Shown: positions 46,151 to 59,253 of the stretch, one piece after another
How positions within the stretch are numbered: the first letter of the stretch is position 1
How the letters are laid out: every line of letters begins with the position of its first letter
Origin: Raillietiella orientalis
Taxonomy: Eukaryota
Assembly: GCA_036172245.1 (NCBI GenBank)
Contig: JAYWIR010000007.1
Location: forward strand, 2,666,001-2,730,000
Direction: 5' to 3'
DNA: 64,000 nucleotides
The notes under the pieces: generated by a model
What the model was told of the DNA's origin: nothing
What the model saw: the letters and a program-made list of their open reading frames with translations, nothing else
The model's database searches: none
Position numbers and translations under genes: made by a program

Positions 46151-47901
46151 CTTGGGGAAAGCCTGCTGTTTCAAAATTCCATACAGAGCCCAAAAGGTTC
46201 CCTTTGTGGAACAAGGTACAAACGAAATGATCAGCACAGAATCAAATCAGGAAGTTCTCCCTTAAACAGCAGCAACAGCAACAACAAAACTTTCTCAGAG
46301 CTCGTGGGGCACGGAGCTTCCTCGTTGTGCCTGGAGATCAACCAGATGCAGTGTGGTCACTCGCGCGCCCTGTTGCAGAGAGAGAAATTTCGCGCACCTC
46401 CGGCAGCACTTGGGAGCCATGGAAAACGGAAGAGCAAAATCGGCAGAGCGTCTCCGTCCACAGGAAGATTAGCATCCCCGTCGAAGAAATAATCCCAGAA
46501 GCAAAATCGGAAATCGAAGCGCGGAAAGATATGTTGGGTGAGGTGGGAGCGGTGGGAGGCGGCGAAAGAAAATGGACACCGGCCAGTGGTGTCACCACGC
46601 TGGACTGGCTTCCAGAGCAAACACATAATCTACTTGGCACTGTGGAATGTTGGGCTTTGAGTGCCAATCGGAAGAGCTGACTCGGATGCAGCTGATCCGA
46701 TCATATCGGACCGATCGGACAGAATGTCGCTGTCTCGGGGTGGACGAGAGAGCTCGCTGACACCAAGGCAGTATCCATGCAGACCATTCCGATTGAAGGG
46801 TTTCCTTCCGTTCCCCGCTCCAGAAAATGAAAATCGGGGCTAAACGGCCGAAACTCCTATTCGTTCCATTCTCCCCTCCTTTCCCCTCTGCTTTAATCCA
46901 GCCTCTCTCCAAGCCATCAGCGTCTAAAATAGGGAGACCGTAGGAACAATCTGTTGATATGACGGCCTGGTGGACAGGTCTTCGTGATTCATTGCTCAAG
47001 GACGCGACCTTCCTGAGCTCGACTGAACAAAACAGCAATCCTTGATAACCAAGCGGAGGAAGAAACGACTTTTTTCCAGTAGCACGTGAAGAGACTTGCA
47101 GCTGAGGATCTGTGAAGCGCTTGATGGAGAAATCGTCACCAAGGAAGCCGTCCTGAAGAGCAGGAGGGAGTCGTTCCGAAAGAAGGGATCGGGGTGCGGG
47201 ATTCAGGGATCTTCATATGCTTGAAGAAGCTGTCTGGCAGCAGCCTCGTGAGATGTCTTCCAGCAGCTGTGGGTGCTGGCAAGCAGCGAACCCCTGCCCA
47301 ACTCATGAACCGGAAAGGAGCTTTTAGGAGACCTAAACTCGGGTCAGTCGAAGCTGCAGCGAGCAGCAGCCCTTAGTAGCCTGCTCACGGATGAAGCAAG
47401 GAATAACGTTGGCGAAGTTTCCTGCGGAACTGCCGACCGCGCCCACCACGGGAGAGCAGCAGGGGATGGGGGGGAAAAAAAAACTGTTCACCGGTTTACC
47501 GCGCAGGATTAGCTGGAAGAGCTTCAGAAGCCCTGCGAGGCTCCTTGCCAGCATCCGAGTGACCTGCCCCTTTTGAAAACCCGGGACGCGGAAAACCACC
47601 AAGGCGAGAACTAGGAGCGCAAGACAAGAGGTGCGTAGTGGAGGCGGGCGTGGCTACGAAACGCCAGTGTTAGCGGCCCGAAGAAGTAAAGGCTCTCGGC
47701 GCTTGCGCGGTGGACGGGCAGGCGGTGGGAAGTGTGGACAGCAGCCTTGTCGAGAAAGAGTGTCAGGTCTCTAGCCTGGGAAAGTGGAAGAGAGGCTGGA
47801 CTTTGGGAGGGGAGGATGCGTAGGGGTGTTCCGGACCTCCGAGGGAGTTCTCCCCCCCACCCCTCGGCTCGCTCTCGCCAACCTGAAAATCGCCTCCTTA
47901 C

Positions 47902-48182
47902 CTCTCTCTACGATTTTCCCAAACAGGTATTTCCCTCTTTGCAGGTTCGTGCTCGTCGGGCAGTTCCACTTTCTGTTTCGGAACTGGTGCTTGCACTCGT
48001 GGACGGCCATCTTAGCGGCTCTGGCTATTGCTATCAGTACGCCTTTGTTCTGTCGAACCAATTTTTTTTGCTTTTTCCGCAGTGTCTCTTGAATTGCAGG
48101 ATCCAAATTAATATCTGTTACACCACCTCCACCTTTGGTATTAACAAGTAAGGTTATGGGCTCACCTGCTTTTGTTATACCC
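47902..48182 (-). CDS. Wnt1: Wnt1/wingless coding exon 2
   Basis: Poly-T/pyrimidine tract and AAG acceptor. Translates GITKAGEP...LRKKQKKLVRQNKGVL...AVHECKHQFRNRKWNCPT...LFGKIVERG; GIxKxGEP, LRxKQxxLVR and LFGKIVxRG are Wnt1-type. Donor G|GTAAGG, phase 1; 281 nt. Confidence 0.96.
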
Positions 48183-49779
48183 CTTTGGAGAAAGATAAGA
48201 GAAAAAAAAAAAATTAACGCATGACAGAATTCACATTGTGAGGGGTGGGGATGTGATGAAATTATTTGCACACCCAAAGTTTCATTCACAAAAATTTTGC
48301 AACTGCTCTTCGCTCCCCGAGGAACCGTGGATGTCCTCCCGGTGCGGGAGAGCTCGAAGATGCGAGAGTGCGAGCCCATTACGCGTGCGCGCCGTGCTGT
48401 ACTTGGTGGTGTCCCCCCTTCCGCCCTACCTACCCTTCCTTCGTCCCGTCCCGCTCCCGGCAAAAGCTCATCACGCGGGAACGAGGGCAGAGGGGCGCTG
48501 TTGGCGGTGTGCACTACTCTGAGGGTTCCCTCTTCGCGGGAGTCCCGTGCCTCGGTGTCTCACACCGCGTCATGTCCTCCTCTCGAGCGACGCGGTTCGA
48601 CACCGTACGCAAGCTCCCGTACCGCGGAAGATTCTGTCGCGGTCACGAGCGACGAGGTGGAGGTCCTCTCAGAAGGGCGTCGCTGGCGAGGAACCGGAGC
48701 CGCCAGGAGGCCGTCGAGAATGAAGACACCAGACTGACCTCCTCGGACACGATCGGCCGGAGAGCCTCTCCCCAGGGGATCGACCCGTGTCTTCGGAAGA
48801 CGAGTACAAGCAACTGCTGTTCCCCTTCCGCCCAACGAGACGATCGCCTACGCGCGCTTCGAGAACGGGGGGAACGGCGCTTCTTCGCGGCTCGACGCAG
48901 TCGTGTCGGAAGCGAATCCTGCCGGAGAAATTTTCCGCCATGGAGGTGGGAGATCAGCTAGACGTCTCGGGAAACGGAGAGGATGCCATTCTTCATGGAT
49001 GTGAAACAGCGACAAGGGAGGTAAGGTGTTCCTTTGATCGACGCCTCGGGTGCTCCTTTTTCCGGCTGTCTGCTGGTTTGCTTTCCCCTGGATCGAGATT
49101 TTCCTGCTCAGTCGCCGTAGCAGCGCGTCGAAGAGGATCCACCGAGCGTCCCTTCGAAGATAGTTCGGTTCCCGACGCCTCCCTCGGGAGAGCAGCAGGA
49201 GGCGCGCGCGTTTTCCACCGCCTTCTCTTGGGAAAAAGCTCGCGGTAAGCGACGATTGTTCCGCGAAGACAACGGCGCCCTCCCAGGCATTGCCTGCGAT
49301 TCCGCGAAGACAGGAGAGCCTCGACGCTGCACATAATTAATAAACGGGAAGTGAGGGTTGCGGACCTCGGAGGAACTTCCCACCGTGCTGTTCGCGCCGA
49401 GGCAGGGGGACGCGGGGAACAGAGCGAGGGAAAGGGGGAGTGGGAAAGGAGAGCTTCCCGGTGGAGGAGAAGACACAAACCCCCGCACGCATGCAGCACA
49501 CGCAAAGCGAAGTGGGGACCTCCCCCCTTCCCCCAAAAAAAGAAAAAGAAAAAAAGGCGCGTGGTGGTTGGAAGCGGCAGATTCGGTTGTTGTCGGCGGC
49601 GCGGTTGTCTTCCTTCGGTTCTGAGGCCACCCCTCCCCACGGCCTGTGCCCAGCATGTTAAAGTTTTTGTTCTTGCTGTTTCTTCTTCTTCTTCTTTTTC
49701 TTCTTTTTTTTTTTATTTCATTTTTCCTTTTTTTTCATTCTCCGTTGCTGCTGCCGCGGAAGACTGGCGGAAAGAGCTC

Positions 49780-50520
49780 GCTGCAATTTCACGCGGCCAA
49801 TTTCGCCTCATAGCCAAACACGGTGTGTCAGCAAGACAGCATGAAATGCAACTAATTAAACAAGTCCCAGGAAATCCGCTGATTGTGGAAATTAATGGGC
49901 GTTCTCCTCTGCATTTTTCCCCCCGGGGGCTTTGTGACATTGGTGTTTTGCGCGCGTTTCTCCGAGCCGGGGGGAGGAAAAAAGGGGGGGGGGAGAGGAA
50001 CAACAGGGTGGTAGCAGTAGGAGATCATTGTAATAAACACGTTCTGAAACCATCATCTTCTTCCCGCGGAGCTGGTCACTCTTGATACAAAAAAGGAAAA
50101 TTGCATGGCGATCCTTCGTCAGCAGCACTCCCGGTGTCAATGAATCTGTTCCTTCCCCCCTTCTCCTCGATAACAGTTCTTTAAACGCACAAAGGAAAAT
50201 CATCTTTCAGGTTACAACAGGCTTCTCGAGTGACCGCACAGACAGTAAAGCAAATTAATGTATTTGTGGACAGAAAGCGCGGAGAGAAGGGGTTCATTTA
50301 GTCAGGGATGACACGAAAATAACATTTGGATAAGACATCGGAATGCCCCGCGCAACTGGGTTAATGCGATTTGAATGTTCCAATAAATTCCCGATCCTCC
50401 TTGCCTTCGAGAGAAAAAGTTCAATAAATACATCTCTCTCAGGATTGTCAAAGAATGAACAAACAGCAGTTACGGCTTAGTTAGAAATTAATTATTTTAA
50501 TTAGCTGATTACGAGGGAAA
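49780..50520. promoter_or_regulatory. Candidate enhancer island in Wnt1 intron 1
   Basis: AT-rich, non-repetitive block in GC-rich DNA with CTAATTAA, AATTAATG (twice), TTAATTATTTTAATTAG, CAATAAA (twice), TGACA and Sox/TCF-like ACAAAG. Confidence 0.45.
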
Positions 50521-53500
50521 GAGAGACGGGGGGTCTGGGAAGGAGGAGGAATTTTTCTTCTTCGACACTGCCTACACTTTCTGAAGTGTGTGTGAGAGAG
50601 TAGGTGTGTGTGTGTGGGGGGTCTCTCTCTAGAAAAAAAAAAAAAAAAGAAGAAGAAAAGAAATGAAAGAAACTCATTCAGAGTGCAATAATTGGCCATC
50701 ACCCGGTTGTGGTCAGTACTGGCGAAGACGGATAGCGCACACACGGCCACCGGAAAGTCCAAAGCATCCGTGCGAGTCTTTCACTACATGGCGAGACACC
50801 GGGAGCTCGCAGCAGAGAGGGAAGGAGGAGAGTGAAGAGGCACTTTGCACACCCAGTCCGCAGCATCCACGGGAGAGGCAGCGCGAGAGATCTTGGCAAG
50901 GGTCTGGAGACAAAAGGGAGGACGCAGTTTACGAGGAAACGGGTTCCGCACCTCTCCGGGAACGGCAGGACGGAGCCCGGATGCCCGTTCCTGAAAGAGC
51001 CGGCCCCACATGTGGCGAACCCTGCATCCAAGACCTTCCTCGTTCCCAAACTTTCTTCGAAGAGGAATTTTTCCGTTTCCACTTCTTTTTCTTCGTTGCA
51101 TTCAAGTGCGGATAAAAGACCAAACAACAACACGTTTGCAGTCTGATTCCGCTCCTCGCTTTGGTTTCCCGCAGATGCCCGCTGCGAGTTCTTTGACACG
51201 GTTTAACGAATCGATTAGCGAAGTCTTCAGGCTCGCCTCCTGGAGCAGCTCATCTTGCGGAAGCTTGCGGGAGTCGATCGCTCTCGCGCGAGCTCCGCCG
51301 CTCCCAGCAGCTCGGCCTGCGCACCAGGACCACGAGCACCCGATAGCTCCAGCAGCCCAACCTCATTCCAGGAAGTGATTCACGATGGAAGATCACTTCT
51401 CGCTTTCAACCTGGAACATCCTCCCGGGCGACCGCCTCCTCACTGTGCGTACAAATCAATCGACGAACCCCCTCTCAGTTTCGGTGAGCCAACATCATTT
51501 CTTTCGGCCGACACCCCCTTCGCACGCAGCAGACACCCCTCGAATAAATAATCGATTCCATCCGTGGAGGAAACCGAGGTTTTTACGACTGGATTTGACC
51601 TTAAAATATGCAAAAGTCGGGTTCGGATGCTCTCTTTGGCCGTTGGCTGCCCAGTGGGCTTCACCATCCACGACGGCCCTATCCTGACGGAGAGTCAAAA
51701 ATGCCCTCCGTTCCGGCAGGCTCCTTCCAGTGAGGACCAGGTGCTCCTTTCTGTCCTTTTGCGATGGACCTCTGACAAGTCGAGACGCGCCCGGAAGGCT
51801 CTCTTCGTTCCGCTGACTTCTTCCTTGAGAAGCTGAAGAGAGAGGACAGATCTTTGGGATCATCTTCGGGGTAGAAGGAAGGGGGGGAAGGAGAGGGAGA
51901 CCTCGCAGCCGCTCCAGTGAGCAACGCCGAGATCTGAAGAACCTCTTTCTGTCATCTCTTCATCCCGCTTCTCTGCAACCACTTCAGCGAAGGAATTCCA
52001 GGATTCCTCTTGGTGGTAGTCAAGCAGCGGAAGAACGCTTCAGGCTCTGAAACCTTCTTCCGCTGCCCAGTGAGCCAACAGCTTACATGCAAAGTGAAGA
52101 AACTAGTTGAGGGTCCTTAAATCTGGTCGGTCCGTTGCTAAAAACTGCCGTGCTTTCCATGCCTGGAATCCTCGTCAGGTAAAGAAAAAAAAAAAAAAAT
52201 CCTTGCATCCCGGAATCTTGATTCCTAGAGCAAAGGATAGAATTCCGGAAATGCCCGGCTTGCTCTGTGAAACCAGAAGTCGGGAACCTGACTGTTCGTG
52301 GCAACAGTCCGCGGCATCCGATCTCAGAATTTCGGCGTCCTGAAGCCTTGGGAGCGAATCGGTCGTTTCCAAAAAACCCGTTTGCAAGCCGGGGAAGCTG
52401 GCCGCGACGAGAAGGACTCTGCGGCTGCTCGGAGTGCTTCAGGGGAAACGGCTCAAGGGAGTGGCAAAGGGGCAAAGAGGACGAGCTGAATCCCTGCCTC
52501 CCTACAAACATCGCATTCCATGGCGTGCCGCCGCGACTGTACAGTCAAGTTCCAGGAGCACGACGAAGCTGCCCGTCGTTCCGGGATGCGCCAGCGCGAC
52601 GTGCAACAAGTTCCTCCATCGCCCCCGTCCTAGCAAGGCTTCCGGGCACGCATCGGCAGTCAGTTCAACAGCAGGCGATTCCCAAAAGCGGGACGATTCA
52701 TCGAATGCCAGCGATCCTGGATGACAGACCGCAACGCATGGAATGGACAGAGAAGGCTCCACGTGGCGGTTGCACCAGCACGCTCTCGGACCGCTCTCGG
52801 ACCGCTCGCATCCCTCTGCACCTCTGACCTGTTGGCAACTCTTCGAACGAACGGATTCCTATGATGTCTGCTCCTTTATCGCGAGCCGAGGCACGCACTA
52901 GGGGGTTCCTCAAACACTCCCGGGCGTGGGTGCGGAGGTTCGGCACGAGTTTCCGAGGCTTTCGCAGAACAGCCTTACGGTGCGACCTCCGCTTCCTTCG
53001 ACCTTCCAGCGATGGCCGCTTCGCCAAGTCATGAAGCCACGCCGACTCGCGATCCATCACTCAGGAGCCGATCCCCGACAGGTTTTGCCAAAGCCGTGCA
53101 CTCCATCAAGTCATCTTGAAAAGGAAACAAATGTCTGTTCTCATGTAGTGACAAAGGACCATTGAGGTCCGGGATGCAGCAAAACGATTCCTTCCCCGTT
53201 TAAGGATGGTCTCATATCAAAACTTAATGGTCCTAATGGTTCGCTGTCAACTCGGGGAATGGAAGCAAATTGGACAGGGGAGACCCGTGGTTTGTTTGTT
53301 TGTTTGCTTCCTTCGGCGCCTGTGTTCCGATTGTTCCAGCTGCATTTCGGGGATCCCGTCGCCTCAGGTGGATTTGCATGTTTCGAACGGGAAGACAACC
53401 GACGGAAAACTCTGCGTGCTACCTAAAGGCGAGGCGATCCGCTCGGGTCTGCTCCGTCCCTGAGCTGCGTCTCCGCTGCATCTTTGCGCTTCCAGGCTGC

Positions 53501-54509
53501 GTGGGACCTCGAGCGCTCCGCTTGCTTCTGCGCGTCGCAGCGGATCTCCTCGAAGGCTGCGCGCTCTGCTGTTAGCGCACACGATGAAAACTTGATTTCT
53601 GTCACGAAACACGAGAAGATTGCTCGGGGATTATCTTTCGCTCCTCCATGTCTCACCGGCTGCACCACAGCTTCGCGCCTGTTCCCGTCCTATCCCACAT
53701 TGTCATTGGAAACGAGCTCCAATATTTATCATTCTCTCTCGGAAACATGGCCTCTCCACTTTTAATAGTCGCGAATTGACCTTCTCGCCGTTTCCCGTTG
53801 CTTCCCTTTGGGAAGACCAACCATTCTGCTCGTCAAATGCTGCTGGTTAATAGCGTTTCCATTTCACAATACGATTCCGTATCATCGCTCCGCATAGCTC
53901 GCATTCTTTTGATTTTATGCCAATGTTTACCTTGATGCATTGCCTTTTCCCTATCCCTCGAGAGATCGAGTCTCCGCACCCAACATTTTGCAGATATTGC
54001 CGCTTGTGCGTTGTATCCTTGAACTTATCTTTCCGAGAAATTTCTCATTTTTCAATACCAAGCAGCTGGAATGCTTTGGCCTGCTCGTCTCGAGATGAAG
54101 TAGGTCTTTTTTTTTTTTTTTTTGTCTTCTTTCTTCTTCTTCTTCTTCTTCTCTCAGAGGAACGTTCCTCAAGATGGAAAGTAGTCAGAATAGGAACGTC
54201 GGATTTCACTCGAGCTACCTACTAATGATCTAGGACTCCGAACTTTACCACGGGAACTGTGCAAGGGACACTTTCGTCTTTGTCTTTTCTTCGTGATGAG
54301 CACCGCGTTGGCACGAAGGATTCTTCGAAAGGCAACTGCGAGTGACCGCACACTTCGCGTTTCCCTGGGCTACCTTTCAAAGAGCGGTGGAATGGAAACA
54401 ACCAGATAAACAAACGAGTTCTTCGACTCTCAGAATGGGTTGAAACGAAGATTGCATCCGTCCACACTGTTTCCGAGGGTGTTGCTTTGATTCAAAACGG
54501 TTTCCTCTC

Positions 54510-54960
54510 GTCATGAGCAGCCGTTGTGTAGGAAAGAGGAATCAGCCATGAGCTGTTCATTGTTCTTAGAAGAAGAGTTCCAAGGGGAAGTTCTACAGAG
54601 GTATGTGGCTTGCTCGTTCGTTACACAGAGCTCATGTCGTCCCTTTCGTCTTTGAACCGTCGTTGTTGCCCGTGCTGCCTCGCAAGATGAAGCCGAGACG
54701 CAAAATGGTAGTAGGCTGGTGCCTCAGACCATGGATTCCCTGTGGCTCTTCACCTGCAGCATGGCCATCTTCCCCACGTCGCTTCCAGAGGTCTTGCGCT
54801 CAAGAGTCCTGGCATCACGAAGCCAGAAGATCAAGGAAGTCCTCCAAACGGCATTGCCATTCGAATTCATCGTTACAATAATAACGATGGTTTCAGCGTC
54901 GCGAGACCACCACCACCATCCAGAAAACGGACGCTCTGGAAAATGATTCCACAAGCGAGG
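54510..54960 (+). mobile_element. Possible decayed RLE-type LINE nuclease fragment in Wnt1 intron 1
   Basis: LCRKEES, then LARSLHRAHVVPFVFEPSL...RKMKP (cf. LAxxL...VxxEP...RKPD), SQKIKE (KxxKY) and RTLWK (RGxW), in order across frameshifts. Confidence 0.3.
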
Positions 54961-56399
54961 GTTTGCACTCAAGAAGACCCTGTGCTCTTTCGCAGTTGCC
55001 ACACGATGTTACAGGACAGGAAAAGAACATCGTCTTCCCCTTAAAACAAGGAGAAGCGAATGGCGAGACTCTTTTTGACAAGGGACGAGTTGCCATTTTA
55101 AAAACAGAGATTGTAAGACATTTATTGTGAACTACGGGCAGGTGCCTCAAGAACGCTCACAAGAAGAGAGTTGCAACGAGCAGCGGTGCGCTCGCTGGCC
55201 GTAGCGACCATCCGAAATGCTTCCAGAAATCACCATCAGCAGGGCAAAGCCCGAAAAGGGATGCAAAGGGCGACACCAGTCGCTGATCATCGACACCGGA
55301 GCTGTTCAGCAAGCAGCCGCAACCTCCGAAAAAAATAAGGAAACGCGAACAGCGAAGAGCAATCAGTCCGTGTTCTCTTTCCCGCTGATTCGCGCGTCGC
55401 CATCGTGCAGGAACCGAGAAAGGTGACCGAGGGAGTTTTGGGGGGGATCGCTCTCGGTCGAGCGAGTCCTTTTTGGTGTCATTATTGCGGAAAGGTCATC
55501 TGCTCTGCGCAAGAAATTCCTAAAACCCTGCAGAAAAACATCTGCAAGGCTGCTGCTGCTGCGTGCAAGATCTGGATGCCTAAAAATGAACTTGCAGGAA
55601 GCCTGAAGAGGCCCCGATGGGAAAACACTGTTCCCCTCTCCTTAGGATGAGGCTTTCGGACGGCTGCAAGAGTGCTTGTTTGCTGGGCAAGAATGGGTCG
55701 CGCCTTCTCACAATGGTGCGAGGGAGTGTCTCTCGAGCCGAGGACGTCGGTGCAGCCCACCTACGGCGTGGTTGAGGAGCGTTTCTGGATCTTCGCGCAT
55801 CCCACGACGGAGATCGTAGAAGGCACGCTGCGGCTCCCGAGGAAGCCAACGAGTGTGATGACCCGCGTGTTTTCGTTCTGTTGCCACCACACGGCCGCAG
55901 ACTCTCGGATGCGCATCCGAAATGGAACGAATTCAGAAACCGGCTCGTTCTCTTCGATCCGCAACCACCTTCAAGCCATCAGCTTGGCGCTCCGCGGCCA
56001 TGCGCGAACGGATGCAGGGGAATCGAGATGTTTTCTGCATCTAAGCGTGCCTCGGGTGATTGTCCGGTGGAAGGTGGCAGCTCCGGGGCTTTTCCCCCCG
56101 AGTCCCCGATGCCAGTGAGCGTTCGCCTGGCGCAAGAGGCCTCGGTCCCGTCCGCCGAGGTCTCCTGCGGGCGCGTGGCAACCCCGCCGTCTTGCGCGTT
56201 TCGCTCTTCCCCTCCCCAGCAGCGCCGGAGCAGAGAGATGCGAAATCCCGTGTTCCCCTCGCTCCTCCCTCCCTGGGACAGGAGGACGGCCGCCGCCATC
56301 CCGTCCGAACTCGGCTCCAGAGCTCGAGCGATCCCTTTCCGGGCGCGCGCGCGCGCGCGCGCGCCCCTCCCTCCGTTTTCCTGCCGAAAAACTTTCCCT

Positions 56400-57840
56400 T
56401 TATCGCGATGGCGCGCGTTCCAGCAGTGCCATCCCCCGATGAAAGGCGCTGCAATTTATTTACAGCTCCCGTCCGAGAACCCGATCCAAGATAATAACAA
56501 TAACGAATCCTGCTTTCCTTTTTCTTGAAACGGGGGATGTTTACGACGCCGAGATCTGGAATCATTTTTTTTTTTCAGGAAATCTTATCGGAAGCAGCTC
56601 CAGACTATTGACAAATCCTCAGCTCGTCGGAAAACAAATCCCGAGCAGCCCGGCCTTCCCGTTCTGTAAACTCCGCGTAATGTAAACGCGGAGCGATATT
56701 CCTGTATTAAGAACACATCGGATCGCCGTGAATAATACCCGAAAATATTTATGCGCCAAGAAGTATTTTCTCTCAGAGGCGAGATTTGTTTGTGGATTAA
56801 ACATTAAACAGGGGATTCCAGCGATAAACAAACAAAAGACACTGGGGATTGAGCAGGATGGCTGAAAACCTGCGACGCCCGCGTCAAACGGAGAGATATC
56901 AGTTGTGGTCCGGACCGGTGGAGAATCAAGGAGGGGGCTGGAGAGTGGAGGTGGCGTTCCTTCCCCCCGGGAAGGGAGGAGAGATGCCTCGTGCCGCGCG
57001 CGCGGTCTTTCGGAGCGGACGGGGTTCCCCGCCGAGGCAGCAGCGCCGGGCGAAGGCAGAGGAAGGTGTTCCGGGGGAGGGGGTTAAAATCCGATCGCTC
57101 GAATGCCTCTCGTGGGGGGGAAGGGAGGGGGGGGCTTTCGCGCAAAGACCGGAGGCCACCGTTTCGGACGGGTGGGAACGCTCGGCAAGCTCTCTAGACA
57201 CAAAGGAAGAGGAGGAGGAGGATCCGCGGTTTCGCGGAGGAGACATGCGGAGAGTCCGAGCCGAACCCGGAGAGGGAAAGCAGTCGGAATGGCGGTGACG
57301 TCGGCGCCTTCCGAAAGTTGGCGGACGGCCGCAACAATCGCCCTTTGAGCGAAGCGGCGCCTCCCTGCGAAGCGGCGCGCCTTCCACGCGGCGCCAGCGG
57401 CTTCGTCGGAAAGCAAGCGATCAGCGTTGCAAGATTTCCCATGATGGGGCGGGCTCGGGGTGTGGTGCGGAGGAGGGGGGAAAGGGGGGAGAGAGGAGGA
57501 CGGCGCGGGCTCCAGCGATCCCCGTCCCCCTTCCGACGGACCCTGCCGCGCACTCCGCGATCATCAACGTCTTCCCGGTCTCTCGCAAACGCTCGCGCTT
57601 CCCGGACTTCTCTCGGGAGCAAATATTGGAGATAAGGAACCCGAAATTAATATCGGCAAACAACCGAATGATCGAGGTTCCCATCTCCAAATTTGCGAAC
57701 TGCTGTTTGCCTTTCTCCTTGATTTCATGGCACGTTTATTGACAAAGCACTGCAGAGACGCTCGGTTGCTCCGTAAAGTTCCTCTTTAACAATTTATGAT
57801 CGATTTTTTTTAATTACCGAAATTCCTGCAACCTCAAACA
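56400..57840. promoter_or_regulatory. Candidate enhancer islands (56400-56850 and 57620-57840) in Wnt1 intron 1
   Basis: Clusters of Fox-like (TATTTAC, TGTTTAC, TGTAAAC, ATAAACA), Caudal/Hox-like (TTTATG, TTTATTG), TATTGACAAA (in both islands), GGATTA and GATAA motifs. Confidence 0.4.
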
Positions 57841-59213
57841 GCGTGCTGCTGGCTGAGGAGGGAAAATAGGAGGAGTAGGGATGGAGGGAAAGCGTGGGAT
57901 AGCCCCGGATGAGGACCGACGTCCGAGAGCGACAGAGCTGCCAGCGGTTTGAGAGCCGAGTGGAAAGCCTCCCCAGGAAAAGGAAGACGGCCGTTTTCCT
58001 GCTCGCCTTGCCCACCGGGGCGACTGTTGGTCAGAAGAGAAGGGGACAGACCGGATTCCACGGAGCTCCGTCCCTGGACCCACGGGAACGCCACCCACCC
58101 GGAGGCGGACAAGCTGCCCATGGAGGTGGAAGCGGGAAAGAGGCGTGGGGCGTGAGCGAGCGGCGGGTTGCGTGGCACGCCATCCGCAGCAGCGACGGAC
58201 GATGCGCCGAAGGGAAATGGTGGGGGAGGGAGGGTGGACGGTTCCGGCAACAGCAGCTTCTAGGAAAGGCGAGCGGCAGGTCCGCACGGGCGGACTCAGC
58301 GACCTCTCCGCACACGCTGCGCGGGCAAAGAAGCCGACGAAGCAGCTTCCACCTTCCGGCAGGAGGGACGCGATCGCGCGCCCCTGCGAGAAGCCGAGAG
58401 CGCATGATGGGGTGCGGCATCTTCGACGAGCTCTGTCCAAGGAGCTGCCTCCAGAATCCCCAGAGGCAAAATCACGGCGCGTTCGCTCCTCCCTAGGTGT
58501 CATCAAAGTACTCCGGCAGCCTCCGGTTCCTGCTGAGTTCCGTTTCCACATGAGGCTGGGCGAAGAGACGCATCCTGGATTTCGCATGCAAACGCTTGGG
58601 GTCAAGGGGAGGGAGGGGAAGAAATGCCACCACGTTTGCTGCTACCGGGGTCTTCCCGAGTGGTCATCCCAACTCTGGTGGGGCTGATGTGAGCCGATCG
58701 ACGGGGATTCCGTTGGAACCCTCGGGCTGCGATCGGTGTTTGGCGGTGAGCATTCGCTGCTTTCCTCGACTATCCGAGCCGGGTGCCACCTCGGGATCAA
58801 GGAGAGGGCAAGTGGTGCTTCGTGGGAACAGCATCCAAGTAGATGCGCCTCGCTCAGCGACGGTCTGCGAGCACTGCGTGTTCGCGCCCACCTTCCGTTC
58901 CACAGCCGAGAAGCGTGCGCACCACCGATGTTCCTGGAACGGCAAGTTGGTGCCGCTGCGGTCGCGACCCGTTCCCTGATCTCACAATCGAAAATTTTCC
59001 ATCTCCGCTTCTCGATCTTCTCGCTTCTTCGCGCGGAACTCTCAGCTGCAGCGGATCCTTGGATGCAAGGGAGAGAGACCGCGCTCCGAAAATGCCCCAA
59101 GTTGCGGAAGCCCCTTTCCCTCTCCAAAGCCTTGCATCCTCTGTCAGTGGGCAGGAGAGAAAATGGTGGAGCGCGAGCGGTGGTCCGTTCTCTGAGAGCT
59201 TTTGATCCCGGAG

Positions 59214-59216
<3 letters not shown>

Positions 59217-59252
<36 letters not shown>
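59217..59252. repeat. Poly-A tract (36 nt)
   Basis: Direct reading; could be a retroposon tail or a slippage tract. Confidence 0.9.
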
Positions 59253-59253
<1 letters not shown>

